Source of the DNA: Candidatus Saccharimonadales bacterium
GTDB lineage: Bacteria; Patescibacteriota; Saccharimonadia; Saccharimonadales; UBA10212
NCBI GenBank assembly: GCA_049521895.1
Contig: JBEKOJ010000001.1
Location: 162,717-226,716, forward strand
Reading direction: 5' to 3'
DNA: 64,000 nt
The notes under the pieces were generated by a model. It saw nothing but the letters and a program-made list of their open reading frames with translations. It had not been told where the DNA came from and did not search any database. Below are positions 1 to 10,372 of the stretch, piece after piece. The stretch's first letter is position 1. Each line of letters starts with the position of its first letter. Both the position numbers and the translations under genes were made by a program.

Positions 1-581
1 GGGATTTAGGGGACACACCAAAGATTGTGTTTCTTGGGCGTTTAGTAGAGCGTAAAGGCTGCAAGCAGTTATTGTATGCTTTTAGGCTGCTGTATAAACA
101 GCTACCGAGCGCACAGCTGATCATCGCCGGCGACGGGCCGCAGCGCAAGCAACTCGAAAATTATGTAGATAAGTATCGTCTTGGCGATAATGTTACTTTT
201 CTGGGTTATATCAACGAGAAGAACAAACCGGGAATATTATCTAGTGCTGACATCGCCTGCTTCCCGTCACTCTACGGCGAGAGTTTTGGTATTGTGTTAA
301 TCGAAGCCATGGCCGCTGGTGCAGGGGTCGTTATCGGCGGCAACAACCCGGGCTACGCCAGCGTGCTGGGAGATAAGCCTGAGTTATTATTTGACCCGAG
401 CAACACGGCGGCTCTAGCTGCTCGTTTACAAGAACTCTTGTCTAATAAAAAATTAGTCGGGTTGCTTCACCAGTGGCAGCAAGCGGAGGTCAAAAGATAT
501 GACGTACAAGCAGTCGGCGTGCCATTAATTAAAATTTATAGTCAAGCGATTGCCAAGCGCCGCAACAGCAGGCATAATTAG
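1..581 (+). CDS. Glycosyltransferase family 1, C-terminal part (5' end outside window)
   Basis: The reading frame is open to the window edge. The translation ..PKIVFLGRLVERKGC.. and ..FPSLYGESFGIVLIEAMAAG.. is typical of the GT1 (GT-B) C-terminal domain. Confidence 0.8.
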   Translation, partial: DLGDTPKIVFLGRLVERKGCKQLLYAFRLLYKQLPSAQLIIAGDGPQRKQLENYVDKYRLGDNVTFLGYINEKNKPGILSSADIACFPSLYGESFGIVLIEAMAAGAGVVIGGNNPGYASVLGDKPELLFDPSNTAALAARLQELLSNKKLVGLLHQWQQAEVKRYDVQAVGVPLIKIYSQAIAKRRNSRHN

Positions 582-585
582 TCCC

Positions 586-1671
586 ATGCAGTCTGAGCGT
601 CATGTCACCGTTAATATCACCAATCGTACACTTCTAAGGGCTATTTTGTGGATGGCGGCGGCTTTTGTCGCTTATAGGTTTTTTGGGCGGGCTTCGCACG
701 TCTTAACGCTAATTTTTATATCGTTTTTCTTGGCGTTGGCACTTAATCCGGTAGTCAGCTGGATGACCCGACATCTTAAAATTGATGGCCGTGCCCGCGC
801 CACGGCTGTTTCGTATCTATTCATCGTGGTCGTTCTGGCCGGCTTTTTTGTTTTAATTATTCCTCCGCTAGTCAACCAATCGCGCGATTTTATTCAAAAC
901 GTGCCAACGGTTGTAGAAAATTTTCAAACACAAAATACATCTTTGGCCAGGTTCGCGCGTAAACATAATGTTGACAGGCGGCTAACTGATGCAGCTCACG
1001 ACTTTGCATCGCACTATAGCAACTTTGGGAGTACGATTTTAAATACCACCAAGCGCGTCATCGGTGCGCTGGTATCGGTGCTGGTGGTAGTCGTCATGAC
1101 GTTTATGATGCTGGTTGAGGGTCCGAACTGGTTAAAACTGCTAATTAATAATCTTCCTAAAAAGGATCAGGCTAGGTATCGTGAGTTGACTCGCAAAATG
1201 AGCCGCACTGTCAGTGGCTTTGTCCTTGGACAAGTCATTTTAGCGGCGGTTGCCGCGACGTTTTGCGCCGTTGCCCTGCTTATAGCCAGCAATATTCTTA
1301 ATGTCTCTGTAAACCCCGTCGCTCTGGCCGGTATCGTAGCCTTGTTTGGGCTCATACCGATGATTGGCAACCCAGTATCGTCAATAACCGTCGTATTAAT
1401 ATGCCTGCTAAATTCGGCAGCGCTGGCTATAGTGATGCTTATCTATTTTGCCATCTACTACCAGATAGAAAATCTTACTTTGCAGCCCTACATTCAATCA
1501 AGGCAGAATGAGCTAACACCTCTCCTTGTGTTCATAGCGGCGATCATAGGTATCTCGGCGGCTGGAATTATCGGCGCCCTGGCGGCCATTCCGGTCGCTG
1601 GATGCATTAAAATTTTGCTTGAAGACCGTTATGGCCTCGACCGGCGCCAAGTTAAGGAAGAAGCGACTTAA
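586..1671 (+). CDS. AI-2E family transporter (PerM/YhhT-like permease)
   Basis: Polytopic membrane protein with AI-2E-like architecture and the C-terminal motif ..GLIPMIGNP...IGALAAIPVAG. I chose the ATG at 586 over the TTG at 550, which overlaps the upstream gene. Confidence 0.75.
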   Translation: MQSERHVTVNITNRTLLRAILWMAAAFVAYRFFGRASHVLTLIFISFFLALALNPVVSWMTRHLKIDGRARATAVSYLFIVVVLAGFFVLIIPPLVNQSRDFIQNVPTVVENFQTQNTSLARFARKHNVDRRLTDAAHDFASHYSNFGSTILNTTKRVIGALVSVLVVVVMTFMMLVEGPNWLKLLINNLPKKDQARYRELTRKMSRTVSGFVLGQVILAAVAATFCAVALLIASNILNVSVNPVALAGIVALFGLIPMIGNPVSSITVVLICLLNSAALAIVMLIYFAIYYQIENLTLQPYIQSRQNELTPLLVFIAAIIGISAAGIIGALAAIPVAGCIKILLEDRYGLDRRQVKEEAT

Positions 1672-1679
1672 TAAAAAGG

Positions 1680-3080
1680 CTACGTCCGCGACCATATGGG
1701 GCCTCTGGACGTGTCATTGATCTCTATACCCTGCTCTTTGAGCTTATCGCGTAGCTCATCAGCCAATGCCCAATTGCCTGAGTCGCGGGCTTGTTCCCTT
1801 TGTGCGATCATTCCCTTCTGTTGAGACGCCAGGTCTTCTGAGCGAAGCCTTAGCCCTAGAATATCGTTCAGCCATTGAATCAAAGCAATAAATGCCTTAC
1901 GGCTGGTATGACTGACGCCGCTCGTTTCAATAGCCGTAGCTAGAGAACTTAAGGCTACCAACGCCAACGGAGTATTGAGGTCATTTTCCAGAGCTTCCTG
2001 AATGGCCTGCTTATGGCTGTCGAGCGCTCCGGCAGTAATCGCCGTTTGGCTATCGGTGGTCTGCCACTGCTGGTCGGCCATTGACCGGTAGGACAACAGA
2101 CGATTTTGTGCGGCCGCCAGTTCATCCCAGTTGAATTTGGACTGGGTGCGATAGTGCGATTGGAGAACCAGTAAGCGCAAGGCATCAAGACTGTAGCCTT
2201 TTTGCTCGATGTCTTCGAGAGTGATGAAATTACCCGCGCTCTTAGCCATTTTTTGCCGGTCTACGAGTATATGGTTGGTATGCATCCAATACCGAGCCAA
2301 CGGCTTGCCGGTCACGGCTTCTGACTGGGCGATTTCATTGCTGTGATGGATCGGCACGTGATCTATGCCGCCGGAGTGGATATCGATAGTTTCGCCCAAG
2401 TATTTCATTATCATTGCCGAACACTCTATGTGCCAGCCGGGGAAACCCTTGCCCCAGGGGCTATCCCACTCCATATCGCGCTTACTGCCACGGGGCGAGA
2501 ATTTCCACAGGGCGAAATCGGAGTGATGCTGTTTTTGCGGATTAGATTCTATCCGCTCACTTGACTGTTGTTCGTCTAAATCCAAGCGGGCAAAATCGGC
2601 GTATTTGGGGAACTTACTAGTGTCATAATATAAGCCGTCGTCAATTTGGTAGGTATAGCCCTTCTCTTGCAGTTGTTTTATCAACTCAATCTGCTCATTT
2701 ATGTGCTCGGTAGCCCGTGGCAGATGATCTGGCCAGGCGATGCTGAGGCGTTCCAAACCTTTTAGGAAATAGTCGGTATAAAATTTGGCGACCTCCCAGG
2801 CACTTTTACCTTCGCGTCGGGCACTTTTTTCCAGCTTATCTTCACCCTCGTCGGCATCACTGACTAGATGCCCTACATCGGTAATATTTAATACCCACTT
2901 GGGTCGGTAGCCGGCCAGCCTAAGCGTTCGGATAAGCAAATCATAGCGGATAAAGGTAAACCAGTTGCCGACATGGGGATAATCGTAAACCGTCGGGCCG
3001 CAAGTATAAACGGTTACAACTGGCGGATTCAACGGCGCGAAATCTTCTACTTGTCTGGACAGTGTGTTATATAGTTTCAT
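1680..3080 (-). CDS. cysS: Cysteine--tRNA ligase
   Basis: The N-terminus MKLYNTLSRQ..YTCGPTVYDYPHVGN carries the HIGH-type motif, and KMAKSAGN is the KMSKS motif. Length is 466 aa. Confidence 0.95.
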   Translation of the reverse strand: MKLYNTLSRQVEDFAPLNPPVVTVYTCGPTVYDYPHVGNWFTFIRYDLLIRTLRLAGYRPKWVLNITDVGHLVSDADEGEDKLEKSARREGKSAWEVAKFYTDYFLKGLERLSIAWPDHLPRATEHINEQIELIKQLQEKGYTYQIDDGLYYDTSKFPKYADFARLDLDEQQSSERIESNPQKQHHSDFALWKFSPRGSKRDMEWDSPWGKGFPGWHIECSAMIMKYLGETIDIHSGGIDHVPIHHSNEIAQSEAVTGKPLARYWMHTNHILVDRQKMAKSAGNFITLEDIEQKGYSLDALRLLVLQSHYRTQSKFNWDELAAAQNRLLSYRSMADQQWQTTDSQTAITAGALDSHKQAIQEALENDLNTPLALVALSSLATAIETSGVSHTSRKAFIALIQWLNDILGLRLRSEDLASQQKGMIAQREQARDSGNWALADELRDKLKEQGIEINDTSRGPIWSRT

Positions 3081-4090
3081 GAGGTGTTTTCAAGCTCATT
3101 CAACAGCTGTTTGGCTACATTCAATGTCTCATTCTTGATTTCATTATAGCTACGGCCGTCAGTTATCTTGAAGCCAGCGGCATATGGATGGCCGCCGCCA
3201 CCAAAATGTTCACCTAACTTGGCAGCGATGGCAAACTTATAGTTGCAGCGAATTTTAGCTGTAATTTTGCCATCGTGGTATAACTTGAACGCAATAGCTA
3301 CACGCGTGCCTTTAGCGAGCCGCATATCATCTAACACCAGCATCGGTGGGTTATAAAGCGGGCTATACTTTTCAATTTCTTCCCATGGAATGGTTACAGT
3401 AGCTATACGATCATTATCATGGAATTCCACGCGTTCCAAAAGCTGGCCTTTATAGTGGATAAGCTCCGGCTCGCGCTTCATCGTCTCGCGGCGCATATTA
3501 TCAATCTCTGCCAACTTAACGCCGCCTTCGACAAGTTCGGCGATAATTTTAATAGTTCTGGCGGTAGTGGCTTCACTCATTAGACCCAAGCTGTCACCTA
3601 AAATTGCAATAGCCAGTAGCCGCTTAGCATCAAGATTCACCGGCCATTTTAGCTGCCGAGCTAGTTCGTAAATTACTTCTCCGGTTGCTACTGCCTCATG
3701 GTTGCAGACAACAGTAGCAAAAGTTATGGTGGGCTCGGTGCCATGGTGGTCGATGACAATGGACGGTCTGCTGGCTAACCAGCCCTTGGCGGCTTGCTTA
3801 TCTAATTGCTCGAGTAATGTATCGCTACTAGTATCGACGATAATACTAAGGTCAAATTGTTGCGGCAGTTCGGTTGTCACCCTATCCGATCCAGGCAGGT
3901 ATTTTAAGTAGCTAGGCAGATCCACGCCGCAGTAGAGATGCACTTTCTTGCCTTGCTCTTCCAGGATATGTTCGAGTGCTAGGGCGCTGGCCAGGCTGTC
4001 GGCATCAGGGTTATCCGCCTGGACTACTACCACACTACTTGCCCCCTCGAGCAATTTGGCAATTTTCTTAGCCTCTGGGTAGTTATTCAT
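3077..4090 (-). CDS. DHH/DHHA1 family phosphoesterase (NrnA-like nanoRNase/pAp phosphatase)
   Basis: Contains DHH (VIDHHGT) and DHHA1 (GGGGHPYAAG) motifs. A 4-nt overlap couples it to cysS. Confidence 0.8.
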   Translation of the reverse strand: MNNYPEAKKIAKLLEGASSVVVVQADNPDADSLASALALEHILEEQGKKVHLYCGVDLPSYLKYLPGSDRVTTELPQQFDLSIIVDTSSDTLLEQLDKQAAKGWLASRPSIVIDHHGTEPTITFATVVCNHEAVATGEVIYELARQLKWPVNLDAKRLLAIAILGDSLGLMSEATTARTIKIIAELVEGGVKLAEIDNMRRETMKREPELIHYKGQLLERVEFHDNDRIATVTIPWEEIEKYSPLYNPPMLVLDDMRLAKGTRVAIAFKLYHDGKITAKIRCNYKFAIAAKLGEHFGGGGHPYAAGFKITDGRSYNEIKNETLNVAKQLLNELENTS

Positions 4091-4124
4091 CAGTTTTATT
4101 TTAACACCTTATGAAGGCCGGCGG

Positions 4125-4730
4125 TTACATTGTTTGTCTGCCTTCCAACGCGCGTGTCAATGTGATTTGATCAGCATATTCTAAATCTACTCCCACTGGC
4201 AGACCACGAGCCAGCCTGGTAATTTTAATTGGTTTTTTACCTATTTGCTGACTAATTAGCAACGCGGTGCTTTCACCTTCTACGCTAGCATTGGTGGCTA
4301 AAATCAACTCTTTAACTTCATCTTTGTCGATACGTGCTATTAGCTCAGCAATGTGTAGCTGCTCTGGCCCGATTCCATCGATTGGCGATACCAGACCTCC
4401 GAGCACGTGGTAAGTCCCAGAAAAGCTATTAGTTTTTTCCAATGCGACAATATCAAATGGGTCGGCTACTACAGCTACAATTTTTTTACTGCGTCTGGGG
4501 TCGCTATATAAAGGGCTTAGCTTTTGCCCTTTTTCAATTAGCGCAAATGTTACCGGGCAGTACGATACGTTTTGGTGTAAGCGCTTTAAGCTGTCAATTA
4601 GCCCTAGGGTTTTATCAGGAGTGCTGCGCAGCAAATGATAAGCGTAACGCTCGGCAGTGCGCGGGCCGACTCCCGGCAGTAAACTAAAAGCGTCAATTAC
4701 ATCCTGTAGGGGCTGGGGTATCACCGTCAT
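4125..4730 (-). CDS. recR: Recombination protein RecR
   Basis: 201 aa. The N-terminal helix-hairpin-helix (LPGVGPRTAERYAYHLL) and a Toprim-like C-terminal region match RecR. Confidence 0.9.
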   Translation of the reverse strand: MTVIPQPLQDVIDAFSLLPGVGPRTAERYAYHLLRSTPDKTLGLIDSLKRLHQNVSYCPVTFALIEKGQKLSPLYSDPRRSKKIVAVVADPFDIVALEKTNSFSGTYHVLGGLVSPIDGIGPEQLHIAELIARIDKDEVKELILATNASVEGESTALLISQQIGKKPIKITRLARGLPVGVDLEYADQITLTRALEGRQTM

Positions 4731-4742
4731 AAAATCCGACCT

Positions 4743-5039
4743 TTATAGCCCGAGGTTGCTAAGTGCCCCCATCATTGGCTGCATTTTTTCGGCGGCTAAT
4801 TGTTGGCTACGGTTGATAGCTTCCTTGACGGCCTCTTCTAACCACATTTCTAGCTGGTGTATGTCATCAAGATCCACGGTTTCCGGGTCTATATTGATTT
4901 TTTTAATTTTTTGCTCGCCGCTAATTTCTACTTTCACTGCGCCATCACCGGCTTCTACGGTTATAATTTCTTTTTGCAGCTCTTTTTGCAATTTTCTGGC
5001 GCGCATCAAAAGCTTGGCCTGGTCAAACTTACTCATCAC
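4743..5039 (-). CDS. ybaB: Nucleoid-associated protein YbaB/EbfC family
   Basis: 98 aa. Shows the YbaB pattern (..VEAGDGAVKVEISGEQKIKKINIDPE..) and the conserved ybaB-recR adjacency. Confidence 0.85.
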   Translation of the reverse strand: MMSKFDQAKLLMRARKLQKELQKEIITVEAGDGAVKVEISGEQKIKKINIDPETVDLDDIHQLEMWLEEAVKEAINRSQQLAAEKMQPMMGALSNLGL

Positions 5040-5057
5040 TAGTGTTCCTTTCAGTGC

Positions 5058-6245
5058 TTATTTTAACACGTAAAGTTGCTTGGTCGATGGCGTGTGTGGC
5101 CAGACTACCAGAGAGTACTTGAGCCCATATAGTACTTGCAACCCGACAAGGCAGGCCATAAGTATGAGGGCGAAACTCAGAGGTAAGGGATTTCGTGGGA
5201 AGACGCTGCGCCATTCAATATACAAATAGCGTAAGCCTGCACCGATTAAAGTTGTCAAGGCCGGCAGACACAAAGTAAGCAGTAGAAAATTGCTATTAAA
5301 ACCGGCAAAAATTATCGCAACTACAATCAGCGTCAGTAAAGAGGCCATTTCACGCCGCGCCTTAGTCCACATGGCATAGGTGCCAAACACTATCAAAGCA
5401 ATCTGAATGATATCAAGAAGCGGTAAGCGCCCTATTATTAGCGGGTTGTGTGTACGTACTCGCCAAACTAGCGCCAAAGCCGACCAGCCAATTGATTTCA
5501 TTGTATCTCCTATGCCCATCCAATGCGCGGGTATGAGCAGCAAGCCGCGGTAAATAGAGATGTCCCCCACTAACGCCCATACCAATGGCATGATCAGCAA
5601 GATGAGAATCAGCAAGCTCAAGATCTGGATCTTACGGCTAATCAATCGGATCAGATTCAAAAGCCGTTTGCGCAATAGTAAAGCCCCGATCAGCATTAGC
5701 CAGGCCATACCAGGGACATAAAAACTCAGGGCGCTTATTGCAACTAGTCCCAGCCAAGCCGCGTTAGGTTGGTGTCTCCGCCTGGTCAGCCAGACATAAG
5801 CTGCTATAACCATAACCGGCATCAGCAGCATTACATCGGGTGTAGCGGTTCTAGCCAACAGAACCATTAGCGGTGTGGTGGCGAATATTAAAGAACTAAA
5901 AACACCAATAGTCAGGCCAAACCAGGTTTTCATCAGCCAGAAAGTACAGGCTACAAATAAGATCGCTATGACTACCGAGGCCAGCCGCATGCTGAAAAAA
6001 CCATGGTAACCGGCCTTTTGGGCAAGATATTGTAGCAAGCGTTGCGGCGCATTAATCGGATTAGACAACAGATTGTGTATAGATTGCGTACTTGATCTAG
6101 CGGCGGCTTCGGCTGGACTAAAACCAGGGGTTAAAGAAGCCAGCCGCCAGAAATAAATAATAAAACTAGCTGCTAGTAGCAACACGGCAACACTCAGGTT
6201 CTTTAGGTTTAATGTGCCCGCCCAACCTTTGATTTTTTTGAGCAT
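5058..6245 (-). CDS. Polytopic membrane protein, possible GT-C type glycosyltransferase (function uncertain)
   Basis: 395 aa with about 10 hydrophobic segments. It only loosely resembles ArnT/PMT-like proteins, and I recognised no catalytic motif. Confidence 0.55.
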   Translation of the reverse strand: MLKKIKGWAGTLNLKNLSVAVLLLAASFIIYFWRLASLTPGFSPAEAAARSSTQSIHNLLSNPINAPQRLLQYLAQKAGYHGFFSMRLASVVIAILFVACTFWLMKTWFGLTIGVFSSLIFATTPLMVLLARTATPDVMLLMPVMVIAAYVWLTRRRHQPNAAWLGLVAISALSFYVPGMAWLMLIGALLLRKRLLNLIRLISRKIQILSLLILILLIMPLVWALVGDISIYRGLLLIPAHWMGIGDTMKSIGWSALALVWRVRTHNPLIIGRLPLLDIIQIALIVFGTYAMWTKARREMASLLTLIVVAIIFAGFNSNFLLLTLCLPALTTLIGAGLRYLYIEWRSVFPRNPLPLSFALILMACLVGLQVLYGLKYSLVVWPHTPSTKQLYVLK

Positions 6246-6264
6246 ATGCTAAAAGTATAACAGT

Positions 6265-7632
6265 TTAATTCTCGAACGGCTGTTGGTGTTTTTTATCAAG
6301 GTCGCGGAAACGCTGGCGCAACATGTCAAAGTAAATTTCTAGGCTGCCTGTGGGACCGTTGCGGTGCTTCTTAATATATAGATCGGTGATATTGGCCCTG
6401 TCAGTATTCGGGTTGTAGTATTCCTCGCGGTACAGAAAAATTACTACATCCGCATCCTGTTCAATAGAGCCGGATTCACGCAAGTCTGCCAACTGCGGTA
6501 TTTGCGGTGAACGACTTTCTACTGATCTGTTCAGCTGGCTTAGTGCCACAATCGGTACGTTAAGCTCGCGGGCCAGAATCTTTAAATTCCGGCTGATTTC
6601 GGAAATTTCCTGTACGCGATTAGCCACTGTCGCGAAACGTGAGCCACCGCTCATAAGTTGGAGATAGTCTACCATGATGACCGCCAGCGGGTGCTGATGG
6701 TGCATACGGCGTGATTTGGTGCGTAAATCACTGACCGTGATACCGGAAGTATCATCAACAAAAATCGACGCCTCGGCAAGTTCGCCCATAGCGGTGCTAA
6801 GCCTTTCAAAATCTTTATCCTCAAGGCCTTCACCAGTTCTTAGTTTCCAAGCATCAACTCCCGCCTCAGCGGCCAGCAACCTATCCACTAGCTGTTCCTT
6901 ACTTTGTTCTAGGCTGAAGATCAGGACGGCACCCTGCTTAGCTTTTGTAGCTACATCCAGAGCTATATTTAGCATCAGGGCGGTTTTACCCATAGAAGGA
7001 CGACCGGCTATAACTATCAGATCAGACCGTTGTAACCCGGCTATTTTAGCGTCTAAATCGCGCAGTCCGGTTGGAATACCGCGTATGCCACCCTTATGGC
7101 GATGAAGATCATCAAGCCGGTCAAAACTGTCACTTAAGATCGACTCCAAACTAATCACGTCTTGTCGAACATGCTTCTGGCTGACTTCGAATAACTTGCT
7201 TTCGGATTCTTCTATCAGTTCCTGCAGACTTTTCTTCTCGTCGTTGCCAATGCTAGCGATATCTTTGGACACGGCTATCAAACGCCGCCGGATGGCTTTA
7301 TCGGCTACAATTTGGGCGTACTGTTCCAGGTGGGCAGCTGTGGGCACAAAATTGGTTAACTCGGTTAAGTAACTAGCTCCGCCGATACTGTCTAGTTGCT
7401 TATTGTTCTTGAGCTGCTCGCTTAGCGTTAAGATATCTACCGGACTACGCTTATCGTGCAAGGCCTGCATGGCGTGAAAAATTGCTCTGTGGCGCTGGTC
7501 GAAAAAATCATCGCTACTGACTATATCGCCAATTTTAACCAGAGCGTCGGTATCTATCAGTACGCTGCCTAGTAAGCTGGCTTCTACGTCCAGGTTCTGC
7601 GGTAAGTCGTTAGCAGCGGTTGTCGGATCCAT
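6265..7632 (-). CDS. dnaB: Replicative DNA helicase DnaB
   Basis: 455 aa. Has Walker A (GRPSMGKTA), the DnaB motifs (..IMVDYLQLM.., ..SQLNR..) and the N-terminal domain LPQNLDVEASLLGSVL. Confidence 0.95.
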   Translation of the reverse strand: MDPTTAANDLPQNLDVEASLLGSVLIDTDALVKIGDIVSSDDFFDQRHRAIFHAMQALHDKRSPVDILTLSEQLKNNKQLDSIGGASYLTELTNFVPTAAHLEQYAQIVADKAIRRRLIAVSKDIASIGNDEKKSLQELIEESESKLFEVSQKHVRQDVISLESILSDSFDRLDDLHRHKGGIRGIPTGLRDLDAKIAGLQRSDLIVIAGRPSMGKTALMLNIALDVATKAKQGAVLIFSLEQSKEQLVDRLLAAEAGVDAWKLRTGEGLEDKDFERLSTAMGELAEASIFVDDTSGITVSDLRTKSRRMHHQHPLAVIMVDYLQLMSGGSRFATVANRVQEISEISRNLKILARELNVPIVALSQLNRSVESRSPQIPQLADLRESGSIEQDADVVIFLYREEYYNPNTDRANITDLYIKKHRNGPTGSLEIYFDMLRQRFRDLDKKHQQPFEN

Positions 7633-7649
7633 AATACTTTTTCCGTCTC

Positions 7650-9077
7650 TCAGGATTCTAGCACCTCGGCGCCACCGAAGATATTGCTTATGTCATTAAG
7701 AGGGTCACCTGTGGGCTGCTCGGCTGCTTTCGGGTCGACTTGAGTTGGTACTTTGGGCTGCAACTTAGACTTATCGACCAAGGTTTCGATTTTTAATTTG
7801 ACGCCGGTAGTCTCTTCTATGAGTTTCCCTAGCAGGTCGGCATTAGCAGCTTGGGTAAGCTTTTTCTGGTGTAGCGGGAATTCAAAGAAAAGTTTTAGGG
7901 TCGAGCCTGATAGCTCGGGTTTAGCTAAGCGGAGCGCACTATAAAGTGTCGCGGCTTCGGACTTTGTCCTATTTACTATGCGATCCCAATCTTTTAGGTC
8001 AAAATTTGAGCCAGCTTTTCTTGGGCGATTGACCGCCGAAATGGGCTTAGTAGCCGTGGCATCTTGGGCGCTGAGCTCACTGTGCGATTTACTAACGGTC
8101 GCTGAGTTTAGCGCCCCGCGGGCATTATTCTGACTTGCAGCCTCTAGCAGGCATATCTCGAGATAATCCGCTGGCTCAGCGCTGGCTGGGACGGCAATCA
8201 ACTCTTTAAGTAGAGCCGGCAGCCAACTAGCATCAAGACCGGCCAGAGCCTTCGATCGTAGCCCTTTTGCTAGTTGTCGGGCAACGACAGCCGGGTTAAC
8301 TCCCTGTTCCCGCATACTCTCTAGAGTTGCCAGGACAGACGCAACGCTTCCGTTCTCAACCGCTTCGGATAGTTTGTCAATAGCTTCAGCGGGGGGCAGC
8401 CCCAGCATTTCTAGGACTTGTTGTTCCTTAATGGGTTTTTTGCTGGCGCTCAGCTGGTCGAGCATGCTAATACTGTCACGCAGGGTACCTTCGCCGTGTT
8501 CGGCTAAGAGCTCCAAAGCTTTGGTCGAAATATCAATCTTTTCCTTTTTAGCAATCGTGCCTAAATGCTCTATAACTTGAGAACGGCTGAGTGTTTTAAA
8601 ACCGAAACGCTGCGTGCGGCTAACGATAGTATCCGGCAGTTTGTGCTCTTCGGTAGTGGCTAGAATAAAGATACAATGTGCCGGTGGCTCTTCCAATGTC
8701 TTTAAGAGTGCATTGAAGGCCTCTTTGGTTAACATATGTACCTCATCGATGATATAGACTTTATACTTGGCTGATGTTGGTGCAATATGAACGCGTTCGC
8801 GTAGTTCGCGAATCTCGTCTATACGGCGGTTGCTGGCGGCATCAATCTCGATTATGTCCAGATGGATGCTCTCATCGCTATAGGCTAAGTTATTAACTTC
8901 GTGAGCTAAGATCCGTGCTACGCTGGTTTTGCCGACACCTCTCGGCCCGGTAAAAAGATAAGCATGGGCAATCCGCCGGCTTTTTAGGGCGTTTTGTAGA
9001 GTCTTGGTAATATGTTCCTGCCCGACAATTTCAGCAAAAGACCTGGAACGGTACTTACGATATAACACTTGCCCCAT
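7650..9077 (-). CDS. dnaX: DNA polymerase III subunit gamma/tau
   Basis: The N-terminus LYRKYRSRSFAEIVGQEHI..GPRGVGKTS, the DEVHML box and the SRTQRF sensor motif match DnaX. Confidence 0.93.
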   Translation of the reverse strand: MGQVLYRKYRSRSFAEIVGQEHITKTLQNALKSRRIAHAYLFTGPRGVGKTSVARILAHEVNNLAYSDESIHLDIIEIDAASNRRIDEIRELRERVHIAPTSAKYKVYIIDEVHMLTKEAFNALLKTLEEPPAHCIFILATTEEHKLPDTIVSRTQRFGFKTLSRSQVIEHLGTIAKKEKIDISTKALELLAEHGEGTLRDSISMLDQLSASKKPIKEQQVLEMLGLPPAEAIDKLSEAVENGSVASVLATLESMREQGVNPAVVARQLAKGLRSKALAGLDASWLPALLKELIAVPASAEPADYLEICLLEAASQNNARGALNSATVSKSHSELSAQDATATKPISAVNRPRKAGSNFDLKDWDRIVNRTKSEAATLYSALRLAKPELSGSTLKLFFEFPLHQKKLTQAANADLLGKLIEETTGVKLKIETLVDKSKLQPKVPTQVDPKAAEQPTGDPLNDISNIFGGAEVLES

Positions 9078-9081
9078 ACAA

Positions 9082-9180
9082 CCATTTTACATTTTTCACT
9101 TGGCATTTGACATTTATTTACCATTGTTAAATGTTCAATGCTAAATTAATGTAAATTGAAAATTGTAAATTGAAAATTCA
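9082..9180. repeat. Low-complexity quasi-palindromic spacer repeat, family A (CATTT/ACC arm and AAATG/TAAATTG arm)
   Basis: The 5' arm ccattttacatttttcacttggcatttgacatttatttaccattg faces the 3' arm caatgctaaattaatgtaaattgaaaattgtaaattgaaaatt. It shares the core GCATTTGACAT with the copies at 28983 and 37111. Confidence 0.6.
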
Positions 9181-9188
9181 GGTCGCGC

Positions 9189-9701
9189 TTAGAGTGCGGC
9201 CTCTAAAGCGGCCCATTCGGCATCCACGGAGTCATCTTCGGGAATGTTCACGCTTACTTGGTCGCCTGGTTTGGCTTTAAAATATGTCACACTGGCCAGC
9301 AGCACACGGTATTGTTTATCACCAACGTCTACAAAATAGTGTCCGTCTTTCTGATTGAGAACACCAACCAGCTGTTTGCGCGGAATCGGGCCGATCTGTT
9401 TATACATAAAGGCGCCGTCTTCAGCTATGGTCAGCTTCAGGATATCGCCTTGCACCAATTTTGACTTGCTGGCGTAATTAGCCGGCACCGGATAGGTTTT
9501 ACCATCGGAACCGACCATATTCTGGCCATCAAACACCCCCTCGACAATCTTGCCTAGGGATTTATCCTTAGCTTTACCTATCAACTCCGGTTCGTCGCCT
9601 ACTAAGCTTACGATCAGCTCTTTGGCCGCCGCCAAGCTAGTTTCTGCTTCACTTATAAGTGATTTCAAGCGTTTAATTTGTTTTTCTGGTATGTCTGCCA
9701 T
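9189..9701 (-). CDS. Hypothetical protein (170 aa)
   Basis: A long ORF with a GGAGA-type RBS (ggagaaacaaaATG). I recognised no domain. Confidence 0.65.
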   Translation of the reverse strand: MADIPEKQIKRLKSLISEAETSLAAAKELIVSLVGDEPELIGKAKDKSLGKIVEGVFDGQNMVGSDGKTYPVPANYASKSKLVQGDILKLTIAEDGAFMYKQIGPIPRKQLVGVLNQKDGHYFVDVGDKQYRVLLASVTYFKAKPGDQVSVNIPEDDSVDAEWAALEAAL

Positions 9702-9860
9702 TTTGTTTCTCCAAAACCCACCAGCCCTTAAAATCTTTGTTTGACTCTTCCGGGCTCGTTCATCCCCAAACCTAACATAGTCACGCGCTTAAGTCAAAGC
9801 TTGCCCTAATGCGTTTGTGGATAAGTGACTCTCTATATTGTTTAATATTCTGATGTGTCT

Positions 9861-10352
9861 CTAAGCTAGTTCTACGGTCGCGCCAGCTTCTTCGAGCGTC
9901 TTTTTGGCCACTTCAGCTTCTTCTTTTGACGCCTTCTCTTTAATGGTTTTGGGGGCACCGTCCACCAAGGCTTTGGCCTCACCCAATCCTAACCCGGTGA
10001 TATCCTTAACGGCTTTAATGACGGCTACTTTTTGAGCGCCGGCATCTTTAAGAATCACATCGTACTCGTTTTTCTCTTCTGCTGCTGCACTTTCACCGCT
10101 GGCGGCCGGAGCGGCCGTGACGGCTACCGCCGGAGCAGCGGCCGAAACACCCCAGTGCTCCTCAAGAAATTTCACAAACTTACTGATCTCAAGAGCGCTA
10201 AGGTTATCTAGCTCTTTGACTAATCCGGCAAACTCTTTAGGAACCTCAACTTTGGTTTCGACTTTCTTGGACTCTGTCTTTGGAGTCTCCGCTTTAGGTT
10301 CCTCGGTTTTTACTTCGGTTACCTCGTTTTTTACTTCGTCGTTGTCTGCCAT
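9861..10352 (-). CDS. rplL: 50S ribosomal protein bL12 (L7/L12) with about 40-aa K/E-rich N-terminal extension
   Basis: The C-terminal domain ..[44 protein letters not shown].. is canonical bL12, and the gene follows rplJ. Confidence 0.95.
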   Translation of the reverse strand: MADNDEVKNEVTEVKTEEPKAETPKTESKKVETKVEVPKEFAGLVKELDNLSALEISKFVKFLEEHWGVSAAAPAVAVTAAPAASGESAAAEEKNEYDVILKDAGAQKVAVIKAVKDITGLGLGEAKALVDGAPKTIKEKASKEEAEVAKKTLEEAGATVELA

Positions 10353-10372
10353 CTTATTCTCCTTTGCTTAAT

